Assembly (NCBI GenBank): GCA_964016885.1
Contig: OZ024752.1
Span: 15,934,001 to 15,998,000 of the forward strand
Direction: 5' to 3'
DNA length: 64,000 nucleotides
Origin: Eledone cirrhosa
Lineage: Eukaryota
The translations under genes were made by a program, and so were the position numbers. The notes beneath the pieces were generated by a model. That model was not told the origin of the DNA. It did not search any database and saw only the letters and a program-made list of their open reading frames with translations. Position 1 is the stretch's first letter; each line of letters begins with the position of its first letter. Of the stretch, positions 40,741 to 53,226 are shown in pieces.

Positions 40741-42735
40741 TCTATTGTGTTCAGATCCGGTGTATATGTATATACGGACACACACTCACGTAGTGATGAC
40801 TATAACTATATTCTTAATAACATCTACCTTTTATGGCATATATTAGTATTACAATGTTAAAGTATTATAAAACTGACTAGAATACTTTATATATATTTTA
40901 AATGCCTCAAATAATTATATGTCGATGTTCCTATATTTACTTTAATAGCTTAGTGGAAATATTCCATATTATAACTATAGAATATAGTTTATTGTGAAAA
41001 ATTCAAATGTCTTTTGTATTATGAAAACGGAAAGGCAAGGGTTCTAGGGTCACGGGAAAGGGATCAGAGGTCACAGGAAAGGGCTCTATGGGTGTTGACG
41101 TCCCGATCTCGGTAGTACGGGGTCCATCGATGTGAAATTAGAAACAAGTCCTAAATTAACATAATTGTATGAACTCTTCAGAATGGCTATTGAAGATACA
41201 TATTTCGTTACAGAGATATGACGGAGTATGTGTTTGTGTATAAAATAGAGTATGTGGGAGTATGTGTTTTGCTCTGGTGCAAAATATTTCGACTATTTCC
41301 ATTTTATTGTTGAACGTCTACGTCAGCAAGCTACGTGGTTTAAAAAAAGATGTTGCTCAATCTTGCAAAATCAACGAATATACAGGTAAAATAAACAACA
41401 GTATTCACTTCTCAGTAGATTTTGCTATTCAGGAAATTACGAAAGCCGTGGATAAGGAAGAGAAATTGAGCGATAACAATTAGATAGAGATAGAAAACTG
41501 GCGGCAGTCATGAATAAATAGATATGCAATGCATGATAGTTGTAAACAGCTCAATAAACTGTTAGCCGCCCGATATTCAAACCTTACAATTTACATCAAA
41601 AATCTACACAAAGAAGAGATCGATTAGGACATGAGTCGGTAGAAATTCTACTGATCGATCGATTTGCTAAAGAACACCTGGTGCAAATTGATGCCAACGG
41701 TTTTGGAACATTGAATATAGTACCGTATCTTGTTGACAAATATTTCGATATAAGCAGATAGAAAACCTACTAATAGATCAATCTGTTAGCGAAAGCTTTG
41801 TGCAAACTTAATCGCCCAGATTTTGAACAATGATTTTCTTATAGGATTGTCTTGACATTACCAGTTGCCAACACATAGGACGCAGATTGATCGATAAAAT
41901 CAAAAAAAGCAACAACCTGAATGAATCGCGTCTCTCCAAAGTCAACGGAATACACCGCAGAATTTAATACATTTATTAAATGCTAACGGAATCATAATAC
42001 CACCAACGACCAGATGAGACTGCTAGACTAATTGACTTCATCAGCAACTACTCTTATTTATAATTATTTTCATAAGAGCTTTACGTTATATAACATAACA
42101 TTTACACAAAGTCCCAGACATTGTGCCGCCCCCTACCCCCAAAACATCAGCTAAACAATCTGACCCCAGTCACATTCTCCATTTAGTAATACAGTGACAT
42201 CTGTCAAATCAATCCAAATATTCCCCATGTTTCCTCGAGGAAACATGTGAAGAACATCTCAATAAAATCTGCTACTCGTTGTCCATCGATTTACTAATAT
42301 TGTTGTTACTCTCCGTCAGATATCTCTACAAGGCGATGTGATATATGTCCAATATCTGGAAGATAGACGCCCGAGGAAGCCGGACATGGATGAAAGACCA
42401 CTCTTTTCTTGGTGAATAACCGAATTTAACAGTGGTGCCTGATACACCTCTGATCCTCATGTTACATAAGGCATTCAGTTTCAAACTGTTGCTCACAGCA
42501 CAGGATATATATTCATATATGTATTTGCACATACAAAGGCTGTTATCTAATAAATAATCAGACACATCAGACACATAGGCTTCTCAGATATTTATAAATA
42601 GTTGGAGATTCTTGGAATCAAACTAAGCTTTCACGTTATAGTTTCAATTGGGTTGAATTTAGCAGAAAATGTACAGATAACGGGATGAAATTTTACATCG
42701 ATGCGTGCATACGTACATTAATATATATATATATA

Positions 42736-45552
42736 GATGACGAGACGGAGGCACAGTTCACCATAGCTAGAAACAAGATTAGACAAGTAGTAGACAGGTA
42801 CACTATGAGGCAGAGCAGACCAGAGGCCCAACAACTTGGGATAAAACCTGTAGAAGGCTTGGTTAGCCTCAAGCAGCGCACAAAGGATGGTGAGGTAGTG
42901 TGTCTACCCACAGATAAGTCTGGTAGGATGTCAATAGATAGCATGCCGAACTACATCGAGGCAATGCAACCCCACATCACCAACACGAGCGAAGTTGCAC
43001 AACTAACACACGATGGGAGAGAAAAAATCCTCAACGCTCACATGATGATGTGGACTGACATCCTAAAGCCAAGCAGACGCACTGCCAACAACTTCCAGGC
43101 GTCTAACAATGGCATACCACCCTTGTATGGGCTCCGCAAGGACCACAAGACAGTCGACGACCCGACAACAGGACCACCAACAAGACCCGTATGCGGAGCT
43201 AATATAGCTAGCAACTACAGGATCTCCTACTTCCTCTCAATGGTTATACGCCCCATAATCAAGATGTCCCCAGATGTATGTGAAAGTACAGAGGACCTCC
43301 TCAGCAGAATCAGTGAGTGCAACAAAAACAGGAGCCTATCCAACTGCATAATAGGCAGCATGGATGTGGTGTCACTGTACCCATCCATTAACATTGATTT
43401 TGCTGTGAAAAGATGTGTGGAGATGATCATTGAGAGTGAGGTGGAGTTCTGCGACGTCGACACAGACGAACTGGGCCTCCTACTTAGACTTACCTACGAC
43501 ACTGACTACCTAGACAGCCATGACCTTAGATGTTTCTGCCCTAGTAGACCTATAAGAGGTAGACCCCCCACCATAACCTCAATGGCTAAAAAGACTCCCA
43601 TAGGAAGGTGGATTGGGTGGACCAAAGCTATACGGACCCCCCAAAACACTGATCAGGTAAGAAAAATGGTCGCACATGCAATAGGGGCTAGTATCAAAAC
43701 TACCCTAAAGGGCCACATATTTAAGTTCAATGAGAAAATCTACACCCAAAATGAGGGAGCAGCCATCGGCGTCAGCATAGCTGGTGATGTTGCCAACCTT
43801 TTCATGGTATGGTGGGAAAGGAGACTTAAAGATCTCCTTAATGAAAGCTCCATAGACCTCATCATGTACTCTCGTTATGTAGACGATATCAATATAGTTA
43901 TAAGAACACCCCCACTAGAGAGCACTAACAAGTTTGATTTAGAACGTAGCACGATGGAAAGCATCCAGCAGATAGCTAATTCCATACACCAGAGTATAAC
44001 TGTAACTATAGACTTCCCTTCCAAACACCCTAACAATAGACTACCTGTATTAGACACAGAACTCTGGATTAACACTATAGACGAGAGAGCCCAAATTCTC
44101 CACTCACACTATGCTAAACCCATGGCCTCCAAATACCTGATACTCAAAAACTCAGCAATGTCCAGTAGTGCTAAGTTTAATATTCTGATCGCAGATTTGG
44201 TACGAGTGATGAAGAATGTGTCCAGCATGTGCGACCCAAAAGAAATGGAAGGACACATCCAACACTTCATCAACCGCATGCAGTTCTCTGGCTACAACCA
44301 AAGAGACAGAGTCAGAGTATACGAAGGAGCCATGGAAAAGTATAAGACCCTCATAGAACTGGACATGAAAGGAATTTGCCCACTATACAGGAGCAAATCA
44401 TGGAATAGCTTAGATAGGGCTAGACATAAGATAGGGAAGGCCACATCATGGTACGACAACCAGAGATATCAGAGTGTCATGTTTGTGGACGCCACCCCTG
44501 GAGGGAAATTAGCTAACCAGTGTAGAAAAGCCCTGAGAAAGACCCACTTAAAAATAAAGGTGGTAGAAAAGCCAGGAACCACCATAAAATCCCTGATCAG
44601 CAAAACCTACCCTTTTAAGAAAACCCACTGTACCAATAGGAAATGTATCATTTGTAAGGTGAACCCCCGGATAAACTGTAAAACTAGAAACGTGGTCTAT
44701 AGCATAAGATGTACAGAGGGTACTTGCAGAAACATGACAACAACATACATAGGTGAGACAGCTCGTAGCATAGGTGAAAGGATAGACCAACACTGGGGGG
44801 AACTAAAAGGACGAAAAACGGGTCAGTACTATACGAACATGCTAGACAACAACATGACGGTAACATAGACAACATAGAAATTAGAATAATATCTAAACAT
44901 AGGAATGACCCAGCAGATAGGCAAATCAGAGAGGCCAGTGAAATAGAAATTAGAAGACCAAAGCTAAACAGAAAGAATGAGTGGAACAACAACAACACCC
45001 AAACAAACAACACTGACCTAAGAGAAGTATAAATAAGTAAATAAAATTAAATAAAATAAGATAAATAAATACATACACAAGCACATAAACACACACTAGT
45101 CACCAAGCAGACACAACACTATACACACTAGTCACACATCACACTATACACACACGCAAACGCATGCGCAAAGAAGACAAAATAAAATAAGATAAACAAA
45201 CAAGCAAATAAATAAATAAATATATAGACAGACTGAACAAAAAAAAAATGGCGTAGACATACAACACAACAGGAGGAACAATGAATATAACACCACTGAC
45301 GATGTTGCAGATGTGCAACGAAAGATTTATGTAAATTATGTAAACTATATATATGTGTTTGTGTCTATATTGTATCTGTATTATTTTTGACCGCCGGTCA
45401 GTCAATGGCAACATTGAGGACCGAGTAAGTTAGATCGCAGATATATATATATAAAAGACAGCGAGAAGCGAAAAACCAACCAAACAGTGAGTGTGTTCTG
45501 TTATTAATTCTGGCAATATTACGCAAATATGACCCTCCCCAAATATAACAAT
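42736..45552 (+). mobile_element. Near-intact Penelope-like element: RT plus GIY-YIG and a 3' pLTR with an HHR-like core (45296-45323)
   Basis: TDKSG, PPLYGLRKDHK, TRPVCGA, GSMDVVSLYPSI, QNEGAAIG, YSRYVDD, Cys linker, VVYSIRC..YIGETARS; a single frameshift near 44820 restores SVLYEHA..RQIREA..LNRKNEW, stop near 45030. Confidence 0.95.
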
Positions 45553-45567
45553 ATATATATATATATT

Positions 45568-45830
45568 ACACGAAAAATCAATGATGCATCTGAACTCAAT
45601 TTATTGTGTGTTACAATTGTTTCGCCGGCGGACAGCTCGAAACACGATCATTGTGTGGATCTGTCTGATTCTCGAGCTGTCCGCCGGCGAAACTATTGTA
45701 ACACACAATAAATTGAGTTCAGATGCATCATTGATTTTTCGTTTTATATTATATCATACTCTGCTCTATAAGAGCATAGAGTGCTCAACCGGCATACCGC
45801 ATATGGAAGCATCTTAGTTACCATCAGACA
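45568..45830. mobile_element. Family E fold-back
   Basis: 45570-45640 is inverted at 45673-45742; GAAACTATTGTAACAC. Confidence 0.75.
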
Positions 45831-45855
45831 CACATATATATATAGATAAATAGAT

Positions 45856-46163
45856 ATCTTTCTTTATTTGCCACAGGGGGCGTACAAAAATGGGACATTA
45901 CAAGACGTGACGGCGGGGGTTTTACATAAAAGCTTTAACAATGATAAATAACAATAAAGTATATAAAAATAAAACAATTGAAATCCCCATTGGGGGAGGG
46001 GGTAACTCTACTGCGGGGTTGTTTTACACCCCGTGGATGGACCAACTCTCAACACCAAGAACACGTTTTGTAGGTGTTCCTGTCTTTCCTCTGTTTATCT
46101 TCCTCGACCTACAGGTTTATATACAGAGAAGGCCCATTCACCCAGGGCCATTTTCGCCACATT
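45856..46163 (-). mobile_element. Tx1/L1-type LINE 3' end
   Basis: CTTTCTTTATTTGCCAC..GGCCCATTCAC..GGCCATTTTCGCCAC matches 36483-36795. Confidence 0.75.
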
Positions 46164-46255
46164 TATAGATAGATAGATAGATAGAAAGATAGATAGATAT
46201 CGAATGAAATCTGGGGTAACCACAATATATAAGGTACTCAATACTATATAAATAT

Positions 46256-46332
<77 letters not shown>

Positions 46333-46387
46333 AATTATAGTGGGAGAATAAACAACCTAATTCTTGATGAGTTTGTACACTTACATT

Positions 46388-46467
<80 letters not shown>

Positions 46468-46806
46468 GTGCTTACAAACATGCCTGCATTCATACAAGCT
46501 TTCTTGCATACATTCATGCACACGTCAATATATCCATAAAGGTCCTCTTACTTACATGTATACGTAAATGCATCCATGGAGCAGCTTGATATCTCTCGCA
46601 GCAGGGAGAAGGCAACATTCATTAATGTCAAGATAGAATGTCGGATGTAACAGATGCCGATAAACAGATTTCCCCAATAGTCACGTCTCACCCAACGTTT
46701 GTGACTGTGTATATGTAGGTTTGTGTGTGTCTGTGTGGGTGTGTGTATATATATGTAAATATGCATACATGTGTGTGTGATTGCGTATATATATATAAAT
46801 ATATAT

Positions 46807-46842
<36 letters not shown>

Positions 46843-46927
46843 GTAATAATAATAAATTTAAAGATCCCGTTAAGAGTGAAAGTAGCGATTCTTTGCTTAA
46901 ACTTTAATTTGTTATTTTAATAAATAA

Positions 46928-46971
<44 letters not shown>

Positions 46972-47113
46972 ATTAGAATACTGGAGCGTGTTTGAGTCAA
47001 ACACCCTCTTCGTATTATAGAAATGACAGTAAAAGGTATAGCTCAATGCAGTTAAACAGAGCCAAAAAATTAAGAGAGTAAAACAAAAATCCTTTAATAC
47101 ATCAAAAGTTTTT

Positions 47114-47158
47114 ATTAGCCGACAATGTTTCGTCTTATTAAGGACTCATCAGGGCAAT
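47114..47158 (-). ncRNA. Minimal type I HHR with canonical core
   Basis: GCC-CTGATGA-GTCcttaataaGAC-GAAA-CATTG-TC-GGC; GUC site. Confidence 0.8.
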
Positions 47159-48538
47159 CAAAACAACAAGAGGTAATATCGGCAGATACAAGCCAGAAAC
47201 TCTGAAGAATATGGAGTGTACATACACTAATGTATTATAAAGATATACAATAATAAAAATGAAAATAAAGATAAAAATAATAAAATTATAATAACTAAGG
47301 ATGTAGATAACATTAAGAACCATATTACAAATATAGTCCAAAGCCACCAACCTAAATCTAAACAAATTTGGTTATATAGAGCAGGAATTATATATAACAC
47401 AATATAATACATTATAATAATAATATATTTATACCAACATTAAAATTCCAAATTAAAAATCAAAAGGTACAATATATACATGTATATATGTGCGCGCACA
47501 CACACACACACATATAACAATACACATAACAGAATTTAAAACCGCTATGTTTTATCCTGTAGAAAATATTAATTCGTATAAAACAGGCATTATAATGTAA
47601 ATATCAGTATTCATGAATGAGACATGTATCTATAATGTGTGAAAAGTAATGATCTTATGTCTAGTTTTTAAAAATTCATATGTTTATATCATAATTATAA
47701 ACAAACTCCCAATTCACACGAAAACATTCTCATTGTGCTATAAAAATTCTAGTATACATATATGTGTGTATATATACACATATATATAGAGTCTATATTC
47801 ATTTTAACAATACTATTCTTATCTTTACTCTACATGATTGTCGATCAAGCAGAAATAGAGAACAGATTTCAATATATTAATAAAAATAAAAATAAAAATA
47901 AAAATAAAAATAAAAATAAAAATATCAGAGACAAGAAAATAAATAAATAAACAGAAAACTAAAACATTTAATATTAAAAATAAAAAATATTACAAAATAT
48001 TAAAAAATAATAAAAATAAAACATAGTATGCCACGCAAATCGGCCACAGAGATCAGCCTTTCAAAGTTAATTGACAATATATTGCCAAGTTCATCATAAG
48101 CATCAGAGTCGAAACAGATAAAAAAAAAATTGTTTACCAAATCCTGTCTAGCAGAAATCATTCCAAAAGTTTAGGATACCCAATTGGTCTACATATGTTC
48201 TTATATTTAATATAGAAGTTTATCTAGTGTAAAATTTAATTCGATATATTTGGAGCATCAGCTTTTAGGGTAGTTTAATTATTCATGAAGAATGTTTTAA
48301 TAAAAAGAATGTTTTAATAAAAAGAAGAAATCGAAAGATTTATCGGCTAGTTTCATAAATAATTACAAATCAAATCAAACATAACTACATTTTAAATTTA
48401 AATTTATATTTAAACGTTGAGTTCAATCTATGTTTGCAGCAACTGAATAAATATATATATATATATATAATCAAGGTTTAGCAAATAAGAAAGAGTTTAA
48501 AAATAAATGTTAAAAAGTTCACTGTACCTGCTGTAATT

Positions 48539-48622
48539 ACCCTTACCGCGCGGTTTCAAGTCTCAAAATAAATGGATAATCCATGTGGAAATCAAATGAG
48601 AAGAAGATTTTCGTCAGAGGGT
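48539..48622 (-). ncRNA. Type I HHR with long stem II
   Basis: ACCCT-CTGACGA-53 nt-GAAA-CCGCGCGG-TA-AGGGT; palindromic stem III. Confidence 0.75.
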
Positions 48623-48904
48623 TGTTCTCGCTCGGAGAATATAAAATTCCCGAGTTCAAATCACGAACTGGCGCCATACAGAACTGTTCCCGAGATTTAG
48701 AGTGTATGATGAAGAAACAATTGTGTCTAGTGCCGTGTGTAAAGATAGAAGGCAAGGGCGGAAAGGTCAATGTACTGCCACTAGAAATAGCAGCAGTTAA
48801 AACGACCAGAATGTTATCTCGACCAGGGTAGATTAATAATAATAAAGTATGTTTCCCTACATGCAAAATGCATATAGGGACACATGATATATATATATAT
48901 AAAA

Positions 48905-48976
<72 letters not shown>

Positions 48977-49138
48977 AATAATTTATCGCTCTAGATGGCT
49001 GAATACCATAAATGTAATCTGAGTTTTTCGAATATTAATAATAATATTCGATTCGCTTGAACTTATACAAGCAACCTCTTTAAAGCCATGTCAGTAGAAT
49101 GAGCCCCTCCTTCTTGCTTTTGTTTTGGCATGTAAACA

Positions 49139-49189
49139 GAACTGCAGACGCTAATGTTTCTGGGTGATTACCATTCATCAGTACAGTTC
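49139..49189 (-). ncRNA. Type I HHR
   Basis: GAACTGTA-CTGATGA-aTGGtaatcacCCA-GAAA-CattagcG-TC-TGCAGTTC: 8-bp stem I, GUC site. Confidence 0.8.
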
Positions 49190-49336
49190 ACTCTTCACCT
49201 GCAACTGTTAGAGCTAGTGAAAATATATGATATCTTCTAATGTATACAGTGACTGATCAGCCTGATTTGCATATTAGTAGTCTGGCTGATCAGTCAAATT
49301 TGTATATTAGCAGACCCACTGAGCAGCTAGATTTGC

Positions 49337-49368
<32 letters not shown>

Positions 49369-49487
49369 TCGATATATATACAATTCACTTCTCAATGTCA
49401 TATTACTTCCTAAAAACAAGGATGACGGAGTATATTAATAAAAAGGAAAATGCGAAGTAGAGAGTTTAGGATCCTTTATTAATTGAG

Positions 49488-49536
49488 CCGTTATACGCAT
49501 TTCAATGACAATAGGTATCGTGATTTCTTCACACAG
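49488..49536 (-). ncRNA. Degenerate HHR
   Basis: CTGT-GTGAAGA-AATcAC..GTcATT-GAAA-TGCGTA-TA-ACGG. Confidence 0.4.
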
Positions 49537-49898
49537 TAAAAATTGATTAAAAATTAACATTTCTAGGGCAATTTTGGTTGGAAGAGCGCGGACTAAAAAA
49601 ATGTGTATGTTTATGCTTTGAGTGTCCGCTCCCTTCTAACTTTCAGCAATCCCGACAGTCCTGCTTAGTCACAGGGGTGTGTGTGACTGACCACTCGATT
49701 ACAACCGAGAATACCACCAACCTTATATGTTCTCTTTAGCTACCAGTCCCCCACCACCCCCGCTGCCAACTCGATATGGTCAGCGGGAGCTCAAACCAAC
49801 CGAAATTTATTTACCACTAGCTTTGGTAATCAGCAGAATTTTAGTGCATTCGTAGCCGTCTATGGCGGGATAATGTACAGACCATCAAACCAAAGTGA

Positions 49899-49985
<87 letters not shown>

Positions 49986-50171
49986 GAAACACACAGATAC
50001 ATGCGGACACACACATATATACATGAATGCATCCGCACCCAACTGTGAGTTAAGGGTGCCAACTTCACCGATGTTGCTCAATGAATGACTGGGACAGACC
50101 AATTCAGTTTGAACTAGACTGAACCAGTATCAGAGTTAAAAATACATTATGAAGAGAGAAGAAACATTTAG

Positions 50172-50815
50172 ATATAATTAGTAATAAAATGTATCATACC
50201 TAAACTGTTCCTAAATTCCTCGACTACGTAGTTTCGTGGCATAAACAAAAACAATATATCAAAGATATAGAGTCCTTGCGAGGTCTGCCGACTTATCAAG
50301 AGGATACCTCATTTTACTAGTCTCAAGAACGCGTCTACACGACGTGAGAAAGAATCCCAAAAGGCGGAGGGGGAGATAGTCACGCGATATAACGGTCGAG
50401 AAACAGAGCTAAGCCTCTTATAACCACGAAGAAAATACCACGGAGGCGGAGGGGGTATTCATATCGAGGCCGTAGAAGAGGTAGTGAAGAAGGCGAGAAG
50501 TATGAGTAATGGAAGCTTTCCAGTTGTCCCCACACTTCAAAGATTGCTCGACCAGAGGGAGTTATTAAGAGGCTTAGCTCTGTTTCTCGACCGTTATATC
50601 GCGTGACTATCTCCCCCTCCGCCTTTTGGGATTCTTTCTCACGTCGTGTAGACGCGTTCTTGAGACTAGTAAAATGAGGTATCCTCTTGATAAGTCGGCA
50701 GACCTCGCAAGGACTCTATATCTTTGATATATTGTTTTTGTTTATGCCACGAAACTACGTAGTCGAGGAATTTAGGAAAAGTTTAGGTATGATACATTTT
50801 ATTACTAATTATATC
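50172..50815. mobile_element. Fold-back element with ~250-bp arms, each with a variant-core HHR (50217-50304 -, 50682-50769 +)
   Basis: TCCTC-TTGATAA-GTcGGCA..TGCCAC-GAAA-CTACGTAG-TC-GAGGA. Confidence 0.75.
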
Positions 50816-50816
50816 T

Positions 50817-50972
50817 GTGCCAGAGTACTCGATACTTTAGGTAGTAAAGTGGGTAATAGGAAAAAGTTCAGGACCCCGACGTCAGAGCTCAAGCCGTTTG
50901 TTTCGACGGCTATTTCAGTCCAGAAATAGCCGTCGAAACGGTTTGAGCTCTGCAGTCGGGTCCTGAACTTTT
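50817..50972. mobile_element. Family B fold-back
   Basis: GTTTCGACGGCTATTTC agtcca GAAATAGCCGTCGAAAC. Confidence 0.75.
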
Positions 50973-51369
50973 TTATATATATATATATATATATACATAC
51001 ATGTGCGTATGTGTATGTGTTTGTATATGACTGTGCGTTTAACTATATAATGAAAACTATACTGTTTTCACACAAGAAAATTAAATGGATTAAATATGTA
51101 TATTTACGCATTTCCACGCGCGTACACCCACACATATACTCTCATATTTGTGTGCGTATATATATATGTGTGTGTGTGTGTGTATTATATGTATATATTA
51201 TACATATATTTATGTGTATATATATGTGTGTGTGTAGTGGTGAGAGTTTTTGTCTGTGTACATGTTTACATGTGAGTGTTCTTGTGTGTTTATGAAAACG
51301 AAATCCAATCAAGGGGCGGTCTGGAAAAACATTTATTTGAAATATGGTCATCACGGCATAAATGGCTAT

Positions 51370-51590
51370 AATAATTGTTTCTACGGCACAAGGACAGTAA
51401 TTTGATGGGGAGTGGGAAAGTCGATAAAATCGACACCAGTGTGTGACTGGTACTTTATTTTATCGACTCCGTGAAGGTGGTAAGGCGAAGCTACCCTCGG
51501 CGAGATTTGAACTCAGAACGTAAAGGTCAATAAATCTATGCTGCAAAGCATGTTGTCCGACACTCCTCCAATACTGCCAATCCATCGCCC
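51370..51590 (-). mobile_element. SINE S1
   Basis: reverse-complement S1 body. Confidence 0.85.
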
Positions 51591-51619
51591 TAAAAATGGC
51601 GATCAAGTATCGATTCCAG

Positions 51620-51690
51620 CAGAGATTGAACCCTCGACCAAGATCTGAGCAGTCTCGCAACATATCTTACCGCTAGACCACAACTAGCTG
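51620..51690 (-). other. tRNA-like (Pol III A/B box) remnant
   Basis: TGGTCTAGCGG..GGGTTCAATC on the minus strand; no clean cloverleaf. Confidence 0.45.
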
Positions 51691-52881
51691 GCGAAAAAAA
51701 TGGACGACTACATTTTGAATTCACAGTGTTTCTTAAGTCAACCTGATTTTTACTTCTCTGTAATGTTTCTTAATTATTTATGACGTTGGAACAACAGATT
51801 CCGATGTTTCCTATATTTAAGTTCTGATTTAGGAAGGTGTGTTTTTAAGACAGTTGTTATTTTACGGTGATATATAGAAGAACGCCTTCTCTGCCTTATT
51901 ACCAAACACTCTTAATGTCAAGTCAGTCAACCTCTCCCCGCTTCTCTCTTTCTCTCTCGATCTATCTATCTCTTTCTCTCTCCCGTATTTACTCTTTTAT
52001 AGCATTTATAGTCCTTTCTTTTACTTTCCTATTCAGCTAGATCTGCCCTTCTTAACCCCCCCCCCCCCCCCGTTTTCATAACACAGTTTTGTTTCTATGT
52101 TTTTTTAATATTACCATCATTGATTAACTTCTGTCTGTAAAATATATTTCACATTATACCTTTATATATAACAGATGAAATGAAATAAGAGATTCTTTGA
52201 TTGAAAAAACAAATGTGATTCAATATAACCGTGTGTCGAATTCTTATAGATACGTTAACATTTCGCCTACTATCTTGTCCACTCTACGTCATTTCACTTA
52301 GATTAGCTAAGATCACAACACCGATCTTCATGTATGTCGATCTAATTATAACATGTGATATTTATTTAAGTATCCCTAATAGTATAATCTAAATACAGGT
52401 TCACTAAATTTCTGGGGCAGCTATTATCTTTAGGTAATTATAGAGTGAACGCTTCTGACCTTTTACTTGTTGGTTTATGTCGACACAACTCGTGTGTCGC
52501 TGTAAGATTAGATATGGGACTTACTTAAATACAGTTTTGTCGTCTAAATATATAAACGTTTATCTAGTATGTAAATATCTCTGTATCTGTGCATGTCGGG
52601 GGGAGGAAGTAATGACAGAAGAATTATAGAGATGCTTCGAACAGTGTATTTGGAGGTGGCACAAGGAGCCTACTTTGAAAGGGTTTAGTAATGAACCCCT
52701 CGAGGTACGTAATTGTATTTCCAACTTAAATTCTGATGCTATAAAGACCTTGTCTTTATATTTGTGCAATTTACATCTTAATAGAACAGATCTGTTAATT
52801 GTAAACCTTTTTAACATGAGTAATCTTCTAGACAACTATTATTCTAATGCACAAACATACATACATACATACATACATACA

Positions 52882-53058
52882 TACATGATGGCTGCCCCCT
52901 CGTTATCGAGTATGGCCATTGCACAAGAAAAAAAAAAATAAAAAATAAAATAAAATAAAAAAATTAAAAAAATAAAAATAAATAAATAAAAATAAAAAAT
53001 AATAATAATAATAATAAATAAATTTAAAGAAAAATAAAAAAAAAGAAAAGAAAAAAAG

Positions 53059-53121
<63 letters not shown>

Positions 53122-53193
53122 CATACATACATATATACATACACACATACATACACATACACTCACACATATATACACACATACATTAATAAC

Positions 53194-53226
<33 letters not shown>

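Noticed and set aside
52569-52704. Exon-like stretch (RIIEMLRTVYLEVAQGAYFERV; also 14630-14780)
   Set aside because: Stops in the frames between plausible splice sites; no recognisable homology
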